The notes under the pieces are model-generated. The model saw nothing but the letters and a program-made list of their open reading frames with translations, searched no databases and had not been told where the DNA came from. 64,000 bases of DNA, taken from positions 139,323,714-139,387,713 of the forward strand of contig NC_058132.1 in assembly GCF_016433145.1 (NCBI RefSeq), read 5' to 3'. Numbering within the stretch: position 1 is the first letter of the stretch; every line of letters begins with the position of its first letter. Positions 1 to 10,419 of this stretch are shown here, one piece after another. The position numbers and the translations under genes were made by a program. The DNA comes from Gracilinanus agilis. Lineage: Eukaryota.

Positions 1-290
1 GCTACCCACATTCAGAGGAAGGACTGCAGGAGAGGAAACATATAAGAAAAGCAACTGCTTGAACGCATGGGTCGGGGCGGACATGATTGAGGGTGTGGAC
101 TCGAAACTACCACACCAATGCAACCACCAACAATTGGGAAATTGGTCTTGATCAAGGACACATGACAAAACCAGTGGAAAAGTGCGTCGGCCATGGGTGG
201 GGGGAGTGCGGGGGGTGAAGGGGAAAATAGGAGCATGAAACATGTAACCATGTTAAAAATGATTATTAATAAATGTTAAAAAAAAAAAAA
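1..290 (+). mobile_element. L1 3' UTR end with poly(A)
   Basis: Marsupial L1-type 3' UTR with a G-rich tract, AATAAA near 267 and an A-tail at ~278-290. Confidence 0.85.
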
Positions 291-545
291 GAACATTACC
301 CACATTCAGAGGAAGAACTACAGGAGTGGAAACACAGAAAAAAAAACAACAACTGTTTGAACACATGGGTTGATGCGGACATGATTGGAGATGTAGACTC
401 AAAACAACCACACCAATGTAACTATCAATAATATGGAAATAGGTCTTGATCAATGATACATGTTAAAACCAGTGTAAATGCGTGTTGGCTATGGGGGGGG
501 GGGTCAGGGGAGGTGAAGGGGAAAGTAAGAACATGAATCATGTAA
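291..545 (+). mobile_element. Second, diverged L1 3' UTR fragment, ending at the gap
   Basis: Colinear with 1-250 (both contain tacccacattcagaggaag) but with many substitutions. Confidence 0.85.
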
Positions 546-688
546 NNNNNNNNNNNNNNNNNNNNNNNNNNNNNNNNNNNNNNNNNNNNNNNNNNNNNNN
601 NNNNNNNNNNNNNNNNNNNNNNNNNNNNNNNNNNNNNNNNNNNNNNNNNNNNNNNNNNNNNNNNNNNNNNNNNNNNNNNNNNNNNNNN
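546..688. other. Assembly gap
   Basis: Run of N. Confidence 1.
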
Positions 689-829
689 AACTTCTGTTGT
701 CCTTAGCTTTCTTTACCAGAATCATGGAGTTTTAACATGTCTTACACTGGACACTATCACAATACCACACTTTTTAAATTCATCCTCTATTTCCTGTTCT
801 TGTTTCAGCTTCCTATATAGATCTTTTAA

Positions 830-1030
830 AAACTGAAGTTGAATTTCCAGTATATCTGTAACTTTATAGACAACCAAAGCTCAACCTATCCAAAAAAATA
901 GTCCAATTATTTTTCTACAAAATCCTCTTCTTTTCAATCATTCCTATTTCTATCAAAGATATTACCATCTTTCTAGTCACTGAGGTTATCAACCGTTAAG
1001 TCATTCTTGACTCTTCTCTCTCATTCACTG
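830..1030 (+). mobile_element. L2 fragment (old)
   Basis: L2-like text, e.g. ctcaacctatccaaaa and gtcattcttgactcttctctc. Confidence 0.55.
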
Positions 1031-1311
1031 CCTGGTCTTCTACATTTATTTGAAGGAAGGGTGGGCATATCTTGAGAATAGATTATACATGGAGAAGAAA
1101 ACAATTAGGGATTTTATAATTCATACTCTACACTAGAATGCCACTATAATTCTGAATTGAAATAGTTTAACTCTAAACTAATCTTTTAATTCTCCAAGGA
1201 GAAACCTAAAACATGAACTAAAGGTTCACTTCAATTTTCCCTGGAAAAATTAGTTGAGTAGAGACATAGTATCACTAAGGGTTTGAGTTCTATTCTTGGA
1301 AGCTAAAACCT

Positions 1312-2395
1312 GCCCCTTAGAGAGGGAGGAGATCAATGAATTGGGCTTGCAACTTAAAAAGTTAGAAAAAGAACAAATTAAAAATCCTCAGATAAAAACT
1401 AAATTGGAAATCCTAAAAATTAAAGGAGAAATTAGTAAAATTAACTATTGAACTAATAATAAGACTAGGAGCTGGTACTTTGGAAAAATAAATAAAATAG
1501 ATAAAGTACTGGTTAATCTCATTTTAAAAAAGAAAGAAGAGAATCAAATTAACAGCATCAAAGATGAAAAAGGTGATCTCCCCTCTAATGAAGAGGAAAT
1601 TAAGGTAATTATTAAGAACTATTTTGCCCAATTATATGGCAATAAATATGGCAATCTAGGTGAAATGGATGAATATTTATAAAAATATAAATCCCTAAAT
1701 TAACAAAAGAGGAAATAGAATATTTAAATAATCCCACCTCAGAAAAAAGAATTGAACGAGCCATCAAGGAAGTTCCTAAGAAAAAACCCCCAGGGCCAGA
1801 TGAATTCACAAGTAAATTCTATCAAACATTTAAAGAACAACTAATTGCAATACCATACAAATTATTTGGCAAAATAAGCAAAGAAGGATCTTACTAAATT
1901 CTTTTTTATGACACAAATATGGTATTGATTTCAAAGCCAGGAAGACCAAAAACAGAGAAAGAAAACTACAGACCAATCCTTAATGAACATACATGCAAAA
2001 ATCTTAAATAAAATACTAGCAAAAAGACTACAGCAAATAGCACAAAGATTATTCACCATGACCAGGTGGGATTTATACCAGAAATTTATACAAGGATGGT
2101 TTAATATTAGGAAAACTATCCATATAATTGACCATATCAATAATCAAACCAACAGGAATCACGATTATTTCAATAGATGCAGAAAAAGCCTTTGACAAAA
2201 TACAACACACATTCCTATTGAAAACACTAGAAAGTATAAGAATAGAAGGGACCTTCCTCAAAATAATAAACAGTATATATTTTAAATGATCAGCAAGTAT
2301 CATATGCAATGGGGACAAGTTAGAAGCCTTCCCAATAAGATCAGGAGTAAAGCAAGGATGTCCCTTATCACCTCTATTATTTAATATTGTAATAA
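1312..2395 (+). mobile_element. L1 ORF2 fragment (linker and RT N-terminus), frameshifted
   Basis: Translates to L1 ORF2 motifs: [78 protein letters not shown]. Confidence 0.95.
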
Positions 2396-2399
2396 AATT

Positions 2400-3430
2400 T
2401 GCCCCATTTTGGCCTCTCTCCTCAAAGTAGAAGAATTTCCTACTACTGAAGACCTTCCTCCAGTTGAGAAACTTCAGTCCAGGTTTCCTGCCATGAATGG
2501 TGAGAATGGTCATGTTGGGAAGAGCCTATTTGGCCACTCCAAAGGAATAATCTCTGCTCTGATTCCCATTTTGTGAAACTATAAACTCCTGTCATATACA
2601 GTTTGTTTTTAAAGAAATATTGTATAGATATATGTGTGAATTTTAACAAGAGAGTGAGAAAACTGGTCCATTTATGTTCCCTTCTGAAATTTTTATTTTC
2701 TTTTAGGCATAAAAACATATTTGATTAATGTAGTTTTTGCCACAACTCACTGAACAATCTCCCTCTCCACCTTTGCTCTCTGAGTTGAAGTCTTCCCTTG
2801 CTGCAAATATGTATAACATGGCAAAAGAAATCAATGCATCGGTCATGTCTGAGAACACATCTCATTCTGTGTCGCTGTCATAAAAATTGTTATTCTTCTG
2901 CCTACAACATTACTGATCTCTATGATACCTAACAAGACATTTTCTTCTCTTTTTTTCAGTTTTAAGTCTTCTTGATTAGATTTTCAAAGCAAAAAGTAAA
3001 TATATTTTTAACAATTCTTGGTAACACTCCATCATTGGCCCAAAGTCTGTCATTCCTACATTTAGTCCAGAAACCTAAATCCAATCTTTAGATACCATAT
3101 TTTAATCAGTTGCTAGCTACATTTTCTTGCCCAAGACTGTAATCTTTAACAATGCTTTCTAGGTTCCCTCAGACAGTATTGGTTGCACTCTTGTTTGTAG
3201 CCAGAGGGGATAGTGGTCATCTATTTTGGCAAGTCTTGAGAGATTTTCTGATATCTATTGGATACATGATACAAGAAGACAACAGATCTCTCTTGTTAGC
3301 AGATCCATAGTTGGCTCTTCCTTCTGCACTGTATTCATTGGTCCTTCTCTTTCTCCTTTATGTGACATTCTTCCACTCTGGAGATCCTGCCACAAGTCAG
3401 AATTCCCCATTTGCTTCTTCAGATCCAACC
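2400..3430 (-). mobile_element. Probable decayed Ty3/Gypsy-like pol relic (RNase H plus integrase)
   Basis: Minus-strand translation across frames gives ordered motifs DDHYPLWL, LGQENVASN*L, CSQT*PMH, KVEREIV, GKNYINQICFYA (2706-2741), FHKMGIRAEII and T*PFSPFMAGNLD*SF. These resemble Gypsy TDHxPLxWL, PGKENVVADAL, CxxC, RVAMDIV, GNKYILVICDYA, FSRVGIPKEIL and TTPYHPQTNGLVERF. Aligned by eye only. Confidence 0.55.
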
Positions 3431-4119
3431 TTTTTTTGTTTGTTTGTTTGTTTTGAAACCTCTCATTCAATCTATTTGTTTTTAGAAATACTTAATTATC
3501 TCTAGTAATGTGGAGTAAGGAGAGTTATTCCTCAAGTGCCTTTTCCCCTTTTTCTTAGAAATTTGCTGAATTTTATTAGATAAAAAGCAAAGTATCAGAA
3601 AAAATGTAGTGACCTTTTGCCCACAGGGGGAAAAGAACACTGCCTATCATAAAGAATTTCAGACTTAGATGAACCCCTGAATCATCCTGTTCATCCCTCA
3701 TCAGCATAGAAATTCCTTACTCAATATCTCTGATACAGTCATGACTTTTCTTGCCCATTTTGACAGCAAATTGTTTCCTCTTGTTATATTGTTATGATAG
3801 CATTGACCAAAGTCTAAAATTAAGAATTTATACACGTAATAATGGATGTTTTCAGAATTTTCTTTGAATCTATTTTAAAATATTTCTGTGCAGAAAGAAA
3901 AGCAACTTAGTACATTCACAATGTGATTATAGACACATAAACTTAAAATTTAAGACCATAGGATCATAAGTTGAGAGCTGGATGATACCTTAGTGTAACA
4001 GTACAGCATAGGGATTCTTGTGGGCCTTTAATAGCCCATTAGTGGGTCCTTGAGGTCAAAACTATTTTCATAATAATACCAAAATATTTTAATTTCTAAT
4101 AGGTAAACATATATATTTT

Positions 4120-4460
4120 AAAATTAAAAAAAAACCATACCTTCTGTCATAGAATCAATACTAAATTCGTGTGTGATGGGGGAGGTTATAAGTGGGATAA
4201 TAGCCAGTGTGTTGGTTTCTAGGCCTATTCAGGCTGTTAATCAGTGATTACTTACTAATGTGAGTGATGTGCCTATAAATAGGCTACGTGAAATAATTAC
4301 TAAGACTTTCCAACACAGAAGAGTGGTAAGGGGTAGGCAACTGGGGTTAAGTGACTTGCTCAGGGTCACACAGCAAGGAAGTATCTGAGGACACATTTTA
4401 ATTCAAGACCTCCCATCTCCAAGACTGGCTCTCAATCCACTGAGCCATCTAAGTGTCCCC
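4120..4460 (-). mobile_element. SINE1_Mdo-like SINE split by a 133-bp insert
   Basis: SINE tail at ~4120-4164 and body at ~4304-4460 (gtgacttgctcagggtcacacagc...tgagccatctaagtgtcccc). Confidence 0.75.
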
Positions 4461-5886
4461 AAATAGGCAAGTATTGATAGATTAAAAGCCATATTAACTA
4501 AAAGCTCTTTGGGAGATCATCAATAAATTATAAAGGTGTTCTGAAATTTTAAAAATATGAGAACTATTGACATAGAGATTATTTAGTCCAAGCCTCTCAT
4601 TTCTTTTTCGTTAAAAATTGTTTTATTCAAAAGTATTTTATTTTTCCAATTACATGCAATAACAATTTCCCACATACATTTTCTGAAATTATAAGATCCA
4701 AATTGTCTCCCTACCTCCTTTCCCTCCCCCCTCTCAGAGATGGCAAGTATATTTGATCTGGATTGTGCATGTACAAGTACCTCATTTTCGAGATAAAGTA
4801 AAGCTCAGATAGGTGACATGAAAATCTTGCCCCTGGTTTAATTGCATAATGCTTATTTCTAATAAATAAATAAATGTTTAAATAAAGTCCACAAATTCCA
4901 GAACTGGAAACAAACACATTATTTTACATGACATAAAAATACTTACAACATAAAGTGTTATTTTAAGTATATAATTTTAGAGGTAAGACTGATCCAAACT
5001 GCTGGACTGAAAGAAGGAAGCTGCTTCCTTCAAATCCCCCACCAACAAAGAAAATATTTTCATTTAAAAACTCCTAAATGAAGAAAAAAATTTTTAAGAC
5101 ACACAAAGCAAAAATTTTCTTAATTTTTAAAGCACTAAACTTTAATAAATCTAATTAATGGAGAATAAAAAATATTACAGAGCTAATAGATCAGCTACTT
5201 TATCAGAAACTGTGAAGATGGATGGGGGAGAAAGCACAAAAGATTTCCTGAAGCATTCTTAAATAGATAATGAAAGGGAGAGTTTTATTATTACATAATA
5301 TATAATCATACTAATACAACAACTAAGAAAATTACAAAACCAAATAACCTTCTCCTTTCATTATTGTTGAGCTCTGTTGATGCTACCTTTACAGGGTTTT
5401 TTTTCCTATTTATTCATTTCTCTATTGAAAAAAGTTGATCTTTGAAATACACAGGACCTAATGGCAAAAAAAAGGCTGAAAAAGAGGCACTAAAGCAACT
5501 AAAATTCCAACTATTCTAGGTGATCCCTTTATAAGTCAGGAACAAATCCAGTACGTGAATTAGAAGGGAGTAATGTGATAGGACAAATAGTGATTGGCCA
5601 TACCCACTGGGGGCTTTTCGGTCAATCCAGGTGAAACTCAGACTCAAGGAAGAACCCTGCTCCTGCCCAAATGCTCAGGAGATGCTACAAAAGAGAAAGT
5701 TTCAAGAAGACACATTGAGTAGGGAGAGCAGGAACCTGGCAGAGGCATCCAGGATTTCAGAAATGATGTTGAATGAGCAGACATTCTTTGCTGCTGAATC
5801 ACACTGGACTACAGACCCCAATATATTTCTTTAACTCCTTCTGGTTTGATTTCACTTTTATCTGATGTCACTGGTGACACATTGGC

Positions 5887-6086
5887 TTTTTTTTTAACCA
5901 TACATTCCATCTGAGAATCAATACTGTGTATTGGTTCCAAGGCAGAAAAGTGGTAAGGGCTAGGCAATGGGGTTAACTGACTTGTCCAGGGTCACACAGC
6001 TGGGAAGTGTCTGAGGTCACATTTGAACCCAAGACCTCCCATCTCCAGGACTGGCACTCAATCCACTGAGCCATCTAGATGTCCCC
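5887..6086 (-). mobile_element. SINE1_Mdo-like SINE
   Basis: Full-length tRNA/CORE-type SINE with a poly(T) tail on the + strand and an approximate TSD (catt..ggcttt). Confidence 0.9.
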
Positions 6087-6165
6087 AACATTTTGGCTTT
6101 CTGTGATAGGGAGAGAGCAGAGCAAATTTTAGACTACCTTAGATCCTTCTAAATTTACTGTTTCC

Positions 6166-7720
6166 ATTGCAAAAACATCAGTTGCTCATGGGTAGGATGG
6201 AAGTAACATAATTAAAATGACAATCTTTATTTATTCACTGTTATACCTATCAAACTACCAAAAACAATTTTTATAGAATTAGAAAAAATTATAACAAAAT
6301 TCATCTGGAAGAACATGATCAAGAATATCAAGGGAAATAATGAAAAATATGTGAAAGATGGAAGCCTAGCTTTACCAGATCTCAAACTATCCTATAAAGC
6401 AGTGATCATAAAAACTACATGCCACTGGCTTGGAGACAGAAGGGTGGATCAATGGAATAGAGTTGGAGGAAATGACAGTAGCAAGATAGTGTTTGATAAA
6501 TCCAAAGATCCCAGCTTTTGGGAAAGAACCCACCATTTGGGAGTGGTGGGAGAAATTGCTGGGAGAATTGGAAAACAGTATGGGAGAAATTGGGCTTAGA
6601 TCAACATCTTACACCCTATACCAAGATTAATTTAGGGTGGGTAAATGACTTAAATATAAAGAGGGAAACCATAAACAAATTGGGTGAACATAGGATAGTA
6701 TACTTGTCAGATCTATGGGAAAGGAAGGAATTTAAGACCAAGCAGGAGACAAAGAACAATACAAAATGTAAAATGAATACTTTTGATTATATTAAATTAA
6801 AAAGTTTTGGTAACCAAAATTAGAAGGGAAGCAACAAATTTGAAAAAATTTTATAATAAAAACCTCTGACAAAGGTCTCATTTCTCATATTTATAAGGAG
6901 CTAAGTCAATTGTACAAAAAAAGGAAATTAATAAATGTTGGAGAGGATGTGGCAAGATCTGGACACTAATGCATTGCTGGTAGAGTTGTGAATTAATCCA
7001 GCCATTCTGAATGGAAGATAATTTGGAATTATGCACAAAGGGATTTAAAAGAATACTTACCCTTTGATCCAGCCATACCACTGCTAGGTTTGTACCCCAA
7101 AGAGATAATAAGGAAAAAATACTTGTACAAAAATATTCATAGCCATGCTCTTTGTGGTTGCAAAAATTTGGAAAAGAGGGGGTGTCCCTGGTTGGGGAAT
7201 GGCTGAACAAATTGTGGTATATGATGGTGATGGAATACTATTGTGCTGAAAGGAATGATGAACTGGAAGAATTCTGGATGAACTGGGAGAACCTCAATGA
7301 ACTGATGCAGAGTGAAATGAGCAGAACCAGAAGAACATCATACACAGAAAATAAAACATTGTAGAAAAATCCAATGTAATGACTTTGCTACTACTACTAG
7401 AACAAGCCAGGACACTCCTGAAGGAATTATGTGAAAGAATTCTAACCATATTGAGAGAAAGAACTATGGGAGTAGAAATGCAAAAGCAAAACATAGGACA
7501 TCACTGATCACATGTATATATGGGTTTGTGATTTGGGGTTTAGGTTTTTAAAAAATCACTCTATAACAAAAATGAATAATATGGAAATGGGTATCGAGTG
7601 ACATTTGTACAATCCATTGGAATCACTTGTTGACTGGGAGGGAGGACAGAAAAGGCGAGGGAAAGAAAATGAATCATGGACACATGGAAAAATATTTTAC
7701 AATAAATTTTTAAAAATAAT
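6166..7720 (+). mobile_element. 5'-truncated L1 (ORF2 C-terminus plus 3' UTR) with TSD
   Basis: Motifs IPIKLPK, KFIWKN and LPDLKLSYKAVIIKT. Perfect 15-bp TSD AAATTTACTGTTTCC at 6151-6165 and 7721-7735. Confidence 0.95.
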
Positions 7721-8049
7721 AAATTTACTGTTTCCTATAAACAGCATATTATTGAATTCTGCTTTTTAATCCATTTAATGTCTTTTTTTAATTTTATCAT
7801 GGAGTTAGCTATTGGATTTGCCTTTTTTTAATTGAAAATTTTTATTTAATTAATTATATTTGCCTTTTAAGAAACTCTAATATATGTTAGATGGCCATAC
7901 CTTAGATCTCATCTCCCATAATTGTGCTACTTCTAAAATACTCTAAAATTCTCCTTGATCATAATCTTTCCTTCCCCTACCATATTCCTCCTACATTTCT
8001 TTTAGATTTGTCCCTGTAACCTCCATACCTTCTATTCTTCCTCATTCAC

Positions 8050-9690
8050 TCTATTACCTTTGCTTTTACCTCCTTCACATTTCCTTCTTTTATATTCTTG
8101 ACCCCATCATTAACCAAATCAACCATATATTTTCCTTCATCCTTAACTCCCTTAGTTTCTTGTCCTTTAACCCTTCAGGTCTTGCCAATCTTCATGTTTA
8201 TAGATGAATCCAAACATCCTTTTCTTTCCTCTTATCCCTAAGCTATTGTCCATTACTGAAAGAATTCATGTCACCATGCTGAAAGAGTCCACTATAAATT
8301 CATCTCATCTCTACCAGGCCTTTGCTCCTGCATAGCAGCCTTTTAATTCTCCTTGATTGACTCTGCCTCACTCTCATGTTACGACACCCACCTCTCTCCT
8401 GGGAGATGTGTTGGCCTCTGTAATTTTCTGAGAAAATCAAGGCCATACATCATCAGCTACTAAATCCTCACCTCAATTTCTTTGCCCATTCTGTCCTCCT
8501 TTTACTCTAGTCTCTGAGAAAGAGGCATTGCTTTCCTTTACACATATGTGCCTAATAAAGGATAATTAACTCACAAAAGCCAGTCCCTCTAGCTATGTCT
8601 TCAGTCTCCTTGCTTCTCATTTATCTGTCTCTTTCTCATACACACATATGATTCCTTTTCATCTACTGAATCCTCCTAACCACTCAGGTGCCCCATCCTT
8701 AAAAACCCTTGATCTTTCCATCCCCTTAACATTCTATGTCTTTCCTTCCTTGCATTTTCAGTCTTCTAAAAAGAATCATCTATACTTGATGCCTCTACCT
8801 CCTCACCACCCACTAACTTTCCAACTCTTCATAATCTGGCTTCCAACCTAAACTGAAACTATCACCTTAAAAATTACTAACAATTGGGAAACCTAAGTGG
8901 CATAGTGGATAGAGCATTAGGCCTGGAGACAGGAAGTCCTGGGTTCAAATATGACCTCAGACACTTCCTATCTGTGTGACCCTGGGCAAGTCACCTAACC
9001 CCCATTGCCTAGTCCTTGCTGCTCTTCTACTTCAAACTGATACTTACCCAAGATGGAGGGTAAGGGTTTAAAAAAAGATTACCAGAAATCTCTTTGCTAA
9101 ATCTACTTAATTTTCCTTGGTCCTCATTCTCCTTTACTTCATCCTTCAGAGTTGCCATTTTAACACTATTTAATCACCACTCTCTTCCCTCCTTTCTGTG
9201 ACACTGTTTTCTCTTGATTCTTACCTGTCTGATCATTAGTTTGCTTTGCTAGATAATAATTTTCCAAATAACAAAAATGGATGCTTATTCTTCTTTGGTG
9301 ATCTCAATTGCTCCCATCAGTTCATAATCATCTCTAAGTGGATGATTCTTAAATCTACATATCCAGTTCTAATTTCTCTTCTGAACTCCAGTTCAAAACC
9401 ATTAACTTCCGTCCAGACATTTCCTCTTGGGTAGACCTCTGCATCTCAAATATGTAAAAAAAAAAACAAACCATTATCTTCTCCCTCAATATATGCCTTC
9501 TCCCAAACTTCCCTTTTTTCTCCTGAAGAACCCATCTGTCATTTAGGTTTGTAATTTTGGAGTTACATTTGACTCCTTCTATTTTACCTTCCCATATACT
9601 AGCAATTGCCTAGCTTTGTTAATTCCACTTCCAAAGAAGCTCTTAAATCTTTCCCCTTCTTTGCATTTACATGCCTACATAGATCAGTCC
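8050..9690 (+). mobile_element. L2 ORF2/3' fragments
   Basis: Pyrimidine-rich L2-like text (ctggcttccaacc, ctccagttcaaaacc, gactccttct), interrupted by a SINE. Confidence 0.65.
8886..9078 (+). mobile_element. SINE1_Mdo-like SINE
   Basis: gtcctgggttcaaat...tgtgtgaccctgggcaagtcac...gagggtaagggttta. Confidence 0.85.
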
Positions 9691-9799
9691 TTTTTTTTAT
9701 TTTAAAGCAAAATTATAATACATACTTATAATTATTTGTATTTAAAGTGCATTTCTATAGATACGAGATGGAATGAAAAATTCCAGTTAGAAATGACCA

Positions 9800-10380
9800 T
9801 ACAACAGAGCAAAAAAAAAAATTTTAATGACAAAACTGGAAGAAAATTTGAGATAAATAAAAACCAGAGCAACTGATCTAGCAAAAACAAGTTGCAAAGA
9901 CAATTTCAAATTATTCATTGCCACCAAAATACAAAGAAACAAAGACTCTAAATATCATAGTCTAGGAATCATAGAACAAAATTGATCAGAAATAATGGTA
10001 ACGAAGTGGAGAAGGAAAAATCAATGGAATCCAAAGGGTATCTATAGGGAGGAACCTGAATTTTAATTTACCCAAAAATAGTCACCAAGTTCCAAGAACT
10101 TTGTGTTAAAGAAACAATCTGCCAGAAATCTAGGAGAAAGTAATTCATACAGAAAAATCACAAAATGGAACTATATAATGCTATTATATAATAATTAAAA
10201 ATAAAAGAATGCCCTAGAATATAAACTATCAAAAATCAAAGCAAATCAGCTCACAATTTCATATCCCACAAAAACAGGCATATTCCATCAATAAAAAAAT
10301 GATTTTTTAATTAGATTCTAAATTTGAAATTGCTCATGAGAAATGCAGAAGTTATATGCAGTCTTTGACATTAAAACTGA
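9800..10380 (+). mobile_element. Degenerate L1 ORF1-like fragment (possibly HAL1)
   Basis: KLEENLR*IKTRATDLAKTSCKDNFKL resembles the L1 ORF1 motif KTTDLENRSRRDNLRI. Confidence 0.6.
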
Positions 10381-10419
10381 CAAATAGCTGAAAAAATATC
10401 ATTTATTTTATTTTATTTA

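Noticed and set aside
5520-5880. Possible LTR fragment or small ORF (5631-5834), containing one TACGTG
   Set aside because: No defined TG...CA ends, TSD or protein motif that I can support; left unclassified.
8886-9078. tRNA-like A/B boxes (ggttcaaat) here and in other SINE heads
   Set aside because: They belong to tRNA-derived SINEs; no complete cloverleaf is present.
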